NCBI GenBank assembly: GCA_041577295.1
Contig: JBFGJG010000054.1
Span: 1-26,179, forward strand
Source of the DNA: Gemmatimonadales bacterium
GTDB taxonomy: Bacteria > Gemmatimonadota > Gemmatimonadetes > Gemmatimonadales > GWC2-71-9
DNA length: 26,179 nt
Direction: 5' to 3'
In this document: piece by piece, positions 1 through 7,202 of the stretch
Numbering within the stretch: position 1 is the stretch's first letter
Layout of the letters: each line of letters begins with the position of its first letter
Notes under the pieces: model-generated
What the model was told of the DNA's origin: nothing
What the model saw: the letters and a program-made list of their open reading frames with translations, nothing else
Database searches by the model: none
Program-made: the position numbers and the translations under genes

Positions 1-62
1 GGGATCGAACCAGGACTCTTCTGATCCAGAGTCAGACGTGTTGCCAATTACACCACGGGGCA
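1..62 (-). tRNA. tRNA-Gln (anticodon CTG), 3' end cut off by window edge
   Basis: Reverse complement TGCCCCGTGGTGTAATTGGCAACACGTCTGACTCTGGATCAGAAGAGTCCTGGTTCGATCCC; anticodon arm TCTGA-CTCTGGA-TCAGA, T-loop GGTTCGATCC. Confidence 0.95.
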
Positions 63-77
63 GCGTACTGCAGTGAC

Positions 78-110
78 GAGTAAGGAGTGCAGCCTACTCA
101 CTCCTTACTC
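78..110. repeat. Perfect 12-bp inverted repeat in the tRNA spacer
   Basis: GAGTAAGGAGTG (78-89) / CACTCCTTACTC (99-110), 9-nt loop. Confidence 0.85.
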
Positions 111-123
111 CGAACCGCCGACA

Positions 124-196
124 TGGAGCTGAGGGGGCTCGAACCCCTGACCTCCTGGGTGCGATCCAGGCGCTCTCCCAGCTGAGCTACAGCCCC
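124..196 (-). tRNA. tRNA-Ala (anticodon CGC), CCA not encoded
   Basis: GGGGCTGTAGCTCAGCTGGGAGAGCGCCTGGATCGCACCCAGGAGGTCAGGGGTTCGAGCCCCCTCAGCTCCA; G3:U70 alanine identity pair; discriminator A followed by TGT. Confidence 0.96.
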
Positions 197-235
197 GACA
201 CAAGTGTCCTGCCACCCTACCTGAGCGGGCTACGG

Positions 236-264
236 AACTTAGGACCCCCTGCGCCGGGTGTAAA
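236..264 (-). promoter_or_regulatory. Putative sigma70 promoter for the tRNA-Ala/tRNA-Gln transcript
   Basis: TTTACA-17 bp-TAAGTT on the minus strand, about 40 nt upstream of tRNA-Ala. Confidence 0.65.
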
Positions 265-290
265 CCCTGTACTACAGGCGCCCACCGCCT

Positions 291-455
291 AGTGAGCAGT
301 GAGCATTGAGCAGGATGCTATCTGTCACTCTCCAAACGCTTTAGCACGCCACGAAGCACGGCGCTGGGATCGTGTATTAGCTGGCCACATTCTCCCCGCT
401 AATCGGTGCGTCGCAACCTGTGGACCCGCTTACTGTTCGCCGCTTACAGCTCACT
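291..455. repeat. Inverted arrays of degenerate heptamer repeats flanking about 115 bp
   Basis: AGTGAGC AGTGAGC ATTGAGC (291-311) versus GCTTACT GTTCGCC GCTTACA GCTCACT (428-455); GCTCACT is the reverse complement of AGTGAGC. Confidence 0.65.
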
Positions 456-1395
456 GCGGTTCCTCGAAGTTCACGTCGATCGTCATTCCGTCTCGTGCCA
501 CCACCGTCTCTGCGAAGACCTCACGCGCTTCGGCCAGCAGAATATCACTCGCAACAGAGAACCGCGCGCTCAGGTGCGTCAACACCAACTGGCGTACTTT
601 AGCCGCGAGGGCAACTTGCGCCGCTTCCTGTGCCGTGCAATGCGCGGTCTCACGGGCGCGATCCGCCTCCTCCTGACTGAAGGTGGCCTCGTGAATCAGG
701 AGGTCGGCGCCATCGGCCACTTCAACAACCCGCTCGCACGGCCTCGTGTCCCCACTATATACGACAAGACGGCCGGGCCGTGGTGCGCCGACGATTTGCT
801 CCGGTCCCACGCTGCGTCGTTCTCGTGTTCCATCATCCGTGGCAACGTCAATCTCGACGGTTTCACCACGGTGGATTCTCCCCCACAAGGGCCCTTCCGG
901 AACGCCGAGCTCTCGAGCCTTCTCAGGATCGAATCGTCCGAGTCGCTGGTGCTCCCGAATCGCGAATCCCACCGCTCCTCTCCCGTGCTCCACGGGAAAC
1001 ACCTCGAGATCGTACTCGTTGCGTTTAAGGACATCGCCGGGGCGGATCTCGTGGATCTCGACCGGAAACGGCGCCCGTTCACTACCCAACTCGATGGCCG
1101 CTTGGAGAATTCGCGACGCACCTCGCGGTCCGTAGAGGTGCAGGACCTCCTCTCTCCCCTGCAGCCCCAACGTGCGGACGAGCCCTGTGATGCCAAGAAA
1201 GTGATCGGCGTGGAAGTGCGAGAAAAAGATTTCGCTGAGCGCGAAACTCGCCCCGTAGCGCATCATCTGCCGCTGTGTCCCTTCACCGCACTCGAACAGC
1301 AGGGTCTCGCCCTCTCGAACAACAGAGATGGCGGACACACCGCGCTCAACGGTGGGGCGAGCGGCCGAGGTGCCGAGGAACGTGACAGAGAGCAT
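451..1395 (-). CDS. rnz: Ribonuclease Z (tRNase Z)
   Basis: Start re-placed at MLSVTFLGTSAARPT; ECGEGTQRQ, SHFHADHFLG (HxHxDH), GVPEGPLWG exosite, SGDTRP, HEATF, HLSARF motifs. Confidence 0.95.
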   Translation of the reverse strand: MLSVTFLGTSAARPTVERGVSAISVVREGETLLFECGEGTQRQMMRYGASFALSEIFFSHFHADHFLGITGLVRTLGLQGREEVLHLYGPRGASRILQAAIELGSERAPFPVEIHEIRPGDVLKRNEYDLEVFPVEHGRGAVGFAIREHQRLGRFDPEKARELGVPEGPLWGRIHRGETVEIDVATDDGTRERRSVGPEQIVGAPRPGRLVVYSGDTRPCERVVEVADGADLLIHEATFSQEEADRARETAHCTAQEAAQVALAAKVRQLVLTHLSARFSVASDILLAEAREVFAETVVARDGMTIDVNFEEPQ

Positions 1396-1465
1396 TGTCG
1401 GGCGAGAGAATATAATGGCGGGGCGAGCGCTTACCTTCCAGCCTTCGGGCCTTGCAACCCAATTC

Positions 1466-2350
1466 TCAAAACACTTTGAAATTCCGTGGCATGTAACGCC
1501 CGGGACGTTCGCGAAGATCCTCGAGCAGAAGCTTGAGCTCGGCGAGCACAGCACTGAGATCATCCGCGAGAGCGGGGTCGTTCACCATCCGCCCAAGGGT
1601 GCCCTCGTTGTTGTCGATCTTCTGGAGAATCTGCCCCATGCTCTGTGTGGTCATGGCCAAGCCGTCCGCCATCTCCTGCAAGCTCTCCGCAATCTCGTCC
1701 ATTTGTGAGATAGACCGGTCGATGGCGGGGTTGGCGAGTGTCGAGTCAAGTCGTTCGCCAACGACTCGCATCTGGGCCAGCGTTGCGCGGAGATCGTTCA
1801 CAACCGGGCCCTCCGCGAGCCGCGCAATGACGTCGAGCGACCGCTGTACCGAATGGAGCGTAGGGCGGACGTCCTCTACGAGCAGCTCCTGCGAGCGCAA
1901 AAGAAACTCCGACGCGCGGTCCCCGATCGCCGTGGCAGCGCCGGCAAAGTCTGTTTCGGGCTCGCCATCGATGAACTCTCCCTCCGCTAGGAAATCGTCA
2001 GATGTTCCCGGATTGTACTCGATGTACCGTGCGCCCAAGAAATCCAGCGACCTGACGGCTGCCGACGCGTCGGTGCGTGGGCGGTGCGTGTCCCTTACCG
2101 CCATCCGTACGAGCACGTTGCCCACACCCTCGAGCTCGACGCTGAGCACTCGACCGACTCTCACGCCTGAGATTTGAACGGGATCCCCTTCGGTCACACC
2201 CTTGACGCTCTCAAACCGAGCGACCGTACCGATTTCGCCCGACCCGAAGAGCGAACGGCTCGTGAGCCAGAGCAAGCCTCCCACGAAGATCACGATGGCG
2301 GCGAGAACAAGGACACCAACGCTGATTTCTTGTTTGTAATAGAGATCCAT
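1466..2350 (-). CDS. mlaD: MlaD/MCE-domain lipid transport protein with long helical C-terminal region
   Basis: N-terminal TM anchor, MCE motif GVTEGDPVQISGVRVGRV, LGARYIEYNPG, C-terminal GTLGRMVND...LRERPGRY; adjacent to mlaF. Confidence 0.88.
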   Translation of the reverse strand: MDLYYKQEISVGVLVLAAIVIFVGGLLWLTSRSLFGSGEIGTVARFESVKGVTEGDPVQISGVRVGRVLSVELEGVGNVLVRMAVRDTHRPRTDASAAVRSLDFLGARYIEYNPGTSDDFLAEGEFIDGEPETDFAGAATAIGDRASEFLLRSQELLVEDVRPTLHSVQRSLDVIARLAEGPVVNDLRATLAQMRVVGERLDSTLANPAIDRSISQMDEIAESLQEMADGLAMTTQSMGQILQKIDNNEGTLGRMVNDPALADDLSAVLAELKLLLEDLRERPGRYMPRNFKVF

Positions 2351-2369
2351 GAGTTGGCTCCAAGGTCTC

Positions 2370-3104
2370 CTAAGAGAGATCGCGCTCCAAAAACTGCTGG
2401 ACTGCCGGATCAGTGCTCTGGCGAAGCTCGGCTGGCGGGGCCATCGCTCGGATCGACCCTTCCTGGAGAAGGGCGATCCGATCGGCCACCTTAAACGAGC
2501 CGCGTACGTCGTGCGTCACGACCACGCTGGTCACGCCAAGCTCGTGCTGCAACTTCTCCACGAGCCCGTCGATGATATCGGCGTTCACCGGGTCGAGGCC
2601 AGAGGTGGGTTCATCGTACAAGACATACGTTGGTCGCCCTGCAATCGCCCGAGCAATCCCTACACGTTTTTTCATGCCACCGGAGAGGTCGGCGGGAAAC
2701 TTTGTCGCAGTTTCCAGCGGCAGGTTGACCAGTGAGAGACACTCGAGTACGCGCTGCTCACAGTAATCGTCGTCCTCCGCCAAATCGGGATCGGTGATTC
2801 CTAGCATGATGTTTTCGGACACGCTCATCGAATCGAAGAGCGCTCCGAACTGGAAGACGTAGCCTATACGGTTGCGTAATTTTGCGAGCTCTTTACGCTT
2901 GAGCGCCGGGACAAAGAGACCGTCAACCCACACTTCACCGGAATCCGGATGGATGAGTCCGTTGATATGCTTGAGCAAGACGCTCTTGCCAGTGCCCGAC
3001 GGCCCCAGGAGGGCCACCGTCTCTCCCTGACGCACGTCGAAGTTCACCCCATCGAGGACGATGAGGTCGCCGAATCGTTTGCTCACGTGTTTGAGCTCGA
3101 TCAT
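2370..3104 (-). CDS. mlaF: MlaF/Ttg2A-type ABC transporter ATP-binding protein
   Basis: Start MIELKHVSKRF; Walker A GPSGTGKS, FQFGALFDSM, LSGGMKKRVGIARA, YDEPTSGLDP, VTHD. Confidence 0.92.
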   Translation of the reverse strand: MIELKHVSKRFGDLIVLDGVNFDVRQGETVALLGPSGTGKSVLLKHINGLIHPDSGEVWVDGLFVPALKRKELAKLRNRIGYVFQFGALFDSMSVSENIMLGITDPDLAEDDDYCEQRVLECLSLVNLPLETATKFPADLSGGMKKRVGIARAIAGRPTYVLYDEPTSGLDPVNADIIDGLVEKLQHELGVTSVVVTHDVRGSFKVADRIALLQEGSIRAMAPPAELRQSTDPAVQQFLERDLS

Positions 3105-3136
3105 ACCAACCGATCTTGCACTATCTTTCCAGCTCC

Positions 3137-3811
3137 ATGCCACGACGGTTGCCAACCAACGCACTCCGGTTCAAACGGCGTCTCCTTCGATGGTTCCGCG
3201 AGCACGGCCGGCGATTGCCGTGGCGCGAAACGCGCGATCCGTACGAGATCCTCGTCTCCGAGTTCATGCTCCAGCAGACACAGGTGACCAGGGTCCGCGA
3301 GTACTACACAACGTTTCTGACACGCTTCCCAACGCTGCGCGACGTCGCCGCCGCCTCACCGCGAGCGGTTCGCGAGGCGTGGGACGGCCTCGGATACTAC
3401 CGGCGCGCTCACAACCTCCACCGCTTGGCGAAGACGGTGGTCAACCACCACGCCGGAATCCTCCCCCGTGATCCCCGAACGCTCGAGTCGTTGCCCGGCG
3501 TCGGACGCTACACCGCCGGAGCGGTATCCAGTTTTGCGTACGAGCACCGGGTCCCCGCCGTGGATACTAATGTCGCGCGCGTCTTGCGCCGCGCGTTTCG
3601 CCTCCCTGCCGGACAAACGGCGCCGAGCACGCGCCGTCTGTGGGGTCTCGCGCAGCGTTTGCTCCCCTCTCGTCGTCGGGCAGCTTGGGAATTCAACCAA
3701 GCCCTGATGGACCTCGGGAGCCTGTATTGTACAGCTCGACGACCGCGTTGCACTGCCTGTCCAGTACGACCCGCCTGTCGAACGGGAACCAGAGGGACGC
3801 GGTCACTGTAG
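3137..3811 (+). CDS. mutY: A/G-specific adenine DNA glycosylase, short form lacking the C-terminal Nudix-like domain
   Basis: RRLPWRET, VSEFMLQQT, WDGLGYYRRAHNL, HhH LPGVGRYTAGA, VDTNV, Fe-S motif CX6CX2CX5C; ends about 10 aa after the last Cys. Confidence 0.9.
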   Translation: MPRRLPTNALRFKRRLLRWFREHGRRLPWRETRDPYEILVSEFMLQQTQVTRVREYYTTFLTRFPTLRDVAAASPRAVREAWDGLGYYRRAHNLHRLAKTVVNHHAGILPRDPRTLESLPGVGRYTAGAVSSFAYEHRVPAVDTNVARVLRRAFRLPAGQTAPSTRRLWGLAQRLLPSRRRAAWEFNQALMDLGSLYCTARRPRCTACPVRPACRTGTRGTRSL

Positions 3812-4600
3812 CAGTATCCGCGCTAGCAAGGCATCCAAGAAGAGAATCATGACCGATGCGCTCACTACAGCTCCGGTCGTTGCCCGTCCCACTCCTTCCG
3901 CCCCCTTCTTGGTACTGAATCCCATGTAGCAGGGGATCACGGTGATAGCGAGCCCGAAAAAGAAACACTTGATCATCGAGTACCAGAGGTCGAACGCCTT
4001 GAAGAAGTAGCGGGCGCCGTAAACGAAATCAGCATTGCTAATCCCAAGTGCCCCACGCGCGCCAAGCCAGCCGGCCCAGATACCGATCACGTCGGCGAAC
4101 ACCACGAGCACAGGTACCATGAGCGTGCCCGCCACGACACGTGGGATGATGAGGTGTGACACCGAGGATCGGCCGAGGCTTTCGAGCGCGTCGATCTGCT
4201 CGGTGACGCGCATCGTCCCGAGCTCAGCGGCGTATCGTGCCCCGATCCGCCCAGCGAGGATCAGGGCGGTCAGGACGGGTCCAAGTTCGAGAATGATCGA
4301 TTCGGTTATGACGCCGGCCGCGACATAGACCGGGATGTTGCCGGTGAACTGATAACCCGTCTGGAGCGCTGTCACTCCACCAGCGAAGGCGGCGGTGATC
4401 AAGACGATAAAGAGCGAGCCATACCCTACGTGAACGCCCTGCTCGAATGCCCGCGGGACCCAGATCTTGAGCTCCGCCATCCCGCGGATGACTTCCCACA
4501 CGAGATAGGAGATGCGGCCGAGGTGACTGCCGGCTTGGAGAGTGATACGGCCTACGATACGCCGGATATCGAGCGCAGCCCCCGGCGTTGGGAAATCCAT
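3803..4600 (-). CDS. mlaE: MlaE ABC transporter permease
   Basis: ELGPVLTALILAGRIGARYAAELGTMRVTEQIDALESLG, GAEGVGRATTGAVV; start MDFPTP chosen (alternative 4651). Confidence 0.92.
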   Translation of the reverse strand: MDFPTPGAALDIRRIVGRITLQAGSHLGRISYLVWEVIRGMAELKIWVPRAFEQGVHVGYGSLFIVLITAAFAGGVTALQTGYQFTGNIPVYVAAGVITESIILELGPVLTALILAGRIGARYAAELGTMRVTEQIDALESLGRSSVSHLIIPRVVAGTLMVPVLVVFADVIGIWAGWLGARGALGISNADFVYGARYFFKAFDLWYSMIKCFFFGLAITVIPCYMGFSTKKGAEGVGRATTGAVVSASVMILFLDALLARILLQ

Positions 4601-4752
4601 CTTCCCGGCGTACGTCAGCCGCCAGCGACCGGAGTCCCGATGTTCAACCATGAGGCCAAACCGTGATGTGAGCCATAGCCACTTGGACCACTATAGGCAC
4701 CCCGCCCGCATGGTTCTGACCGGTTGTTACTCCGCCCGCCTTGAGTGTCTGC

Positions 4753-5214
4753 TTACAACAGCACGCTCGCAAACAGCGCAATCAGCGCGAGAACGCCGGC
4801 TACGGAGGACACCACAGCCTGACGTTTGCGATACCGCTCGAAGCTCTCCGACAGTGACCCGGCCGCGTCTGGCACTGCGAGCGCTCCCATCTTCACTGCG
4901 GTTGGCAAGCCGATGAGGAGCACGAGCAATCCCCCAAGAAGCCCGGCGCCCTGCATGACCCAGATGCGCGGGGCGGCCATCAACTCGGGCGCGCCCTCAG
5001 TCATGAAACGCATCGTCAGCAAGAGCCCCGAAGCCACGGCTAGCAGCGCACCAGGGCCGATCACCAACGTGTGCACCGGTGCGAGTAAGCGGAAGGCCCC
5101 CGCGCGCACGACACCGTCCTCGGCGCGGGCATTCAGCGCTACGACCATCGCGGCGATGGCGCCGCCGATCCACAGGGCTGACCCCAGGAGATGTACGAAA
5201 AGGAGCACGTTCAC
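4753..5214 (-). CDS. Four-TM membrane protein, DUF2269/CopD-like
   Basis: GTG start overlapping upstream TGA (GTGA); LLFVHLLGSALWIGG, VIGPGALLAVASGLLL; four hydrophobic segments. Confidence 0.7.
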   Translation of the reverse strand: MNVLLFVHLLGSALWIGGAIAAMVVALNARAEDGVVRAGAFRLLAPVHTLVIGPGALLAVASGLLLTMRFMTEGAPELMAAPRIWVMQGAGLLGGLLVLLIGLPTAVKMGALAVPDAAGSLSESFERYRKRQAVVSSVAGVLALIALFASVLL

Positions 5215-5645
5215 GTGTCGAACTGCCCATTCACCAGCTCGGGCACGAGCGTCTGCCGGCCCGCGAACCCCGTGTCGAACTCGTGCCAGTAACCGATGTC
5301 GTCCTCGCCCAGCTGCCAACAGAGAAAGATGTCGCGTCCGTTCAAGCGGCTATAAAAGTCCACTAGCCCCGGCTCGAACCCCTTGAAGATGCACCCCACC
5401 TTCGTCAGCTCGTCGATATATGCGTTGATGCGGCGGGCTATCTGATCGACCTTTTCACGTAAGGCAATCTGCTCGTCGGTTTCGCCGTCATCACTACGGC
5501 TCGCAGCCGCGATCAACTCGTACTGATGAATCGTGTCACGCCATGCTGCATAGGCCTCCACGATGTCCGTGACCACGCGCCGGACGTAGGGCAGCGTGCG
5601 ATTCGCTTCGTCCAGGGTGAAGTACTTGATGGGAGTGTCGGACAT
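5211..5645 (-). CDS. DUF2203 family protein
   Basis: FTLDEANRTLPYV, KGFEPGLVDFYS, IFLCWQLGEDDIGYWHEFDTGFAGRQ. Confidence 0.88.
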   Translation of the reverse strand: MSDTPIKYFTLDEANRTLPYVRRVVTDIVEAYAAWRDTIHQYELIAAASRSDDGETDEQIALREKVDQIARRINAYIDELTKVGCIFKGFEPGLVDFYSRLNGRDIFLCWQLGEDDIGYWHEFDTGFAGRQTLVPELVNGQFDT

Positions 5646-5670
5646 GGGGCCTTAACTCTCTCTCATTGAT

Positions 5671-5750
5671 TGCATTTCGCCGAGGCCGACGGCGTAGCCG
5701 TCAGGGAGATCGGCTCTTCGAATGGCTACACCGCGACCAGGCCAAGTGCA
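5671..5750. ncRNA. Candidate structured RNA (long interrupted hairpin) in the patatin-DUF2203 intergenic region
   Basis: TGCATTT/AAGTGCA, GGCC/GGCC, CGGCGTAGCCGT/ATGGCTACACCG, GGAGA/TCTTC nested pairings; no family recognised. Confidence 0.35.
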
Positions 5751-5818
5751 GACGGGTCGAAACCCCGCGCGGCTCTCGCAAGCACCGAAAAGTAACCACC
5801 CGGATCTGGGAACGACGA

Positions 5819-6664
5819 TCAAGTTGTTGATGATGCAAGCGCCCCCCACGTACCCAACGCGCGCACCGCCGAGCGATACCCCTCTTCGACGAAGCCGATC
5901 GCCTGGTCGACAGCGAAGGTCGCTCCGTGCTCCAATCGCGGACGCACGAGCGCCAAGGGGACAGGAGCGTTGCTCCACCGTCGTAGCACGGCCTCGGTCT
6001 GTGACGCCATCAGGATCCGCATCGCGGTGTTGTGGACTCTGACCATAGCGGGGACGAGCGCACCGTTGGTAGGCATTGGCTCGAAAACCGATGGTCCCAC
6101 CATGACCGCGAAAATCGAGTCAGGGTCGAACCCCGAGGCGACGTCCAGTGGTAACACCGCCCTGAGCCCGCCGTCGAAGTACCGGCGGTCGCCAACCACA
6201 CCTGGAGGATAGTAGAGCGGCAGCGCACACGATGCGTAGAGGGCATCGATCAATGGCACACGCGAGCGTCCACCCGCCCCGAACAACACGAGCTGTCCAT
6301 TGTCTGCATCTACCGCCGTGACGGTAAGCGGCACGGTCAGCTCTTCGAATCGTCGAGCGGGAACCAGCTTGGCAATCGTATCTCGCAACGGCTCTTCGCG
6401 AAGCAAGCTGTCCGCAAAAAGCCCCAACAGGGCGCCGGGCGACAGCGCGGCGACGTCACGCCTGGTAATCGACATGACGCGCTTGAGCGCTTGCGAGTAC
6501 GACAGGCCGCTCGCAAAGCACGCCGCCATCACCGCTCCCATCGAGGTACCGACAAAATGGAACGGCCGCAGCTCACGCTCCTCGAGCGCACGAGCAGCGC
6601 CAACGTGGGCTGCCGCTTTCGCCCCACCGCCGCTAAAAACACAGATCAGACGCTCCGGCCTCAC
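5819..6664 (-). CDS. Patatin-like phospholipase
   Basis: SGGGAKAAAHVG, GTSMG nucleophile, ASCALP, DGG catalytic Asp; GTG start overlaps upstream stop. Confidence 0.92.
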   Translation of the reverse strand: MRPERLICVFSGGGAKAAAHVGAARALEERELRPFHFVGTSMGAVMAACFASGLSYSQALKRVMSITRRDVAALSPGALLGLFADSLLREEPLRDTIAKLVPARRFEELTVPLTVTAVDADNGQLVLFGAGGRSRVPLIDALYASCALPLYYPPGVVGDRRYFDGGLRAVLPLDVASGFDPDSIFAVMVGPSVFEPMPTNGALVPAMVRVHNTAMRILMASQTEAVLRRWSNAPVPLALVRPRLEHGATFAVDQAIGFVEEGYRSAVRALGTWGALASSTT

Positions 6665-7155
6665 GTTGGCCCCCTGGCATTCATCTCCTGAAGCCGCAGG
6701 GCCCGCCGACGCTCCGCCGCCTTGAAGCGACGCACCTCCTCATCCGTGTCCGGCGCAAGCCGTGGCACGGCGACGGGCCGTCCAGCGGCGTCGATCGCCA
6801 CGAAAGTCAGGTAGCAACTGTTGGTGTGGCGCACGATTCCCTTCACGATGTCCTCAGCCTCCACCCGAACACCCACATAGATCGAGGTGCGTCCGACGTA
6901 ATTCACACTCGCGCGCGCTGTGACGAGCTCGCCCACGTGAATCGGCTCTCGAAAATCTACTCGGTCAACGGACACGGTCACACACGGCCCTTGGGCGTGG
7001 CGAATGGCCGACACGGCCGCGACCCGATCTACCAGCGACAGGAGAACACCCCCGAACACGTTTCCCAGACTGTTCGCCATGTTCGGCATCATCAGTTCTG
7101 TCATCGTCGCATGGGAGGCGCCGGGAGGTTTCGGATTCGCGTCCTTACCGGTCAT
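6661..7155 (-). CDS. Hotdog-fold acyl-CoA thioesterase (YciA-like)
   Basis: ANSLGNVFGGVLLSLVDRVA, VTVSVDRVDFREPI, GRTS, LTFVAID..GRP; start MTGKDA. Confidence 0.9.
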   Translation of the reverse strand: MTGKDANPKPPGASHATMTELMMPNMANSLGNVFGGVLLSLVDRVAAVSAIRHAQGPCVTVSVDRVDFREPIHVGELVTARASVNYVGRTSIYVGVRVEAEDIVKGIVRHTNSCYLTFVAIDAAGRPVAVPRLAPDTDEEVRRFKAAERRRALRLQEMNARGPT

Positions 7156-7202
7156 CTCGAGCCTTTCAGGACTCTGCCCACAAACCGTGGTCGACGTTTT
7201 TG

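Noticed and set aside
1..455. tRNA-anchored genomic island or CRISPR array
   Set aside because: No integrase, att duplication, repeat-spacer periodicity or cas genes; flanking genes are housekeeping
406..1479. 357-aa plus-strand ORF
   Set aside because: Antisense shadow of rnz with no recognisable motifs; long shadows are expected in GC-rich coding DNA
5690..5735. GTCAGG hairpin as SRP RNA (ffs)
   Set aside because: Lacks the GNRA tetraloop and AGCAG strand of SRP helix 8; kept only as an unassigned structure
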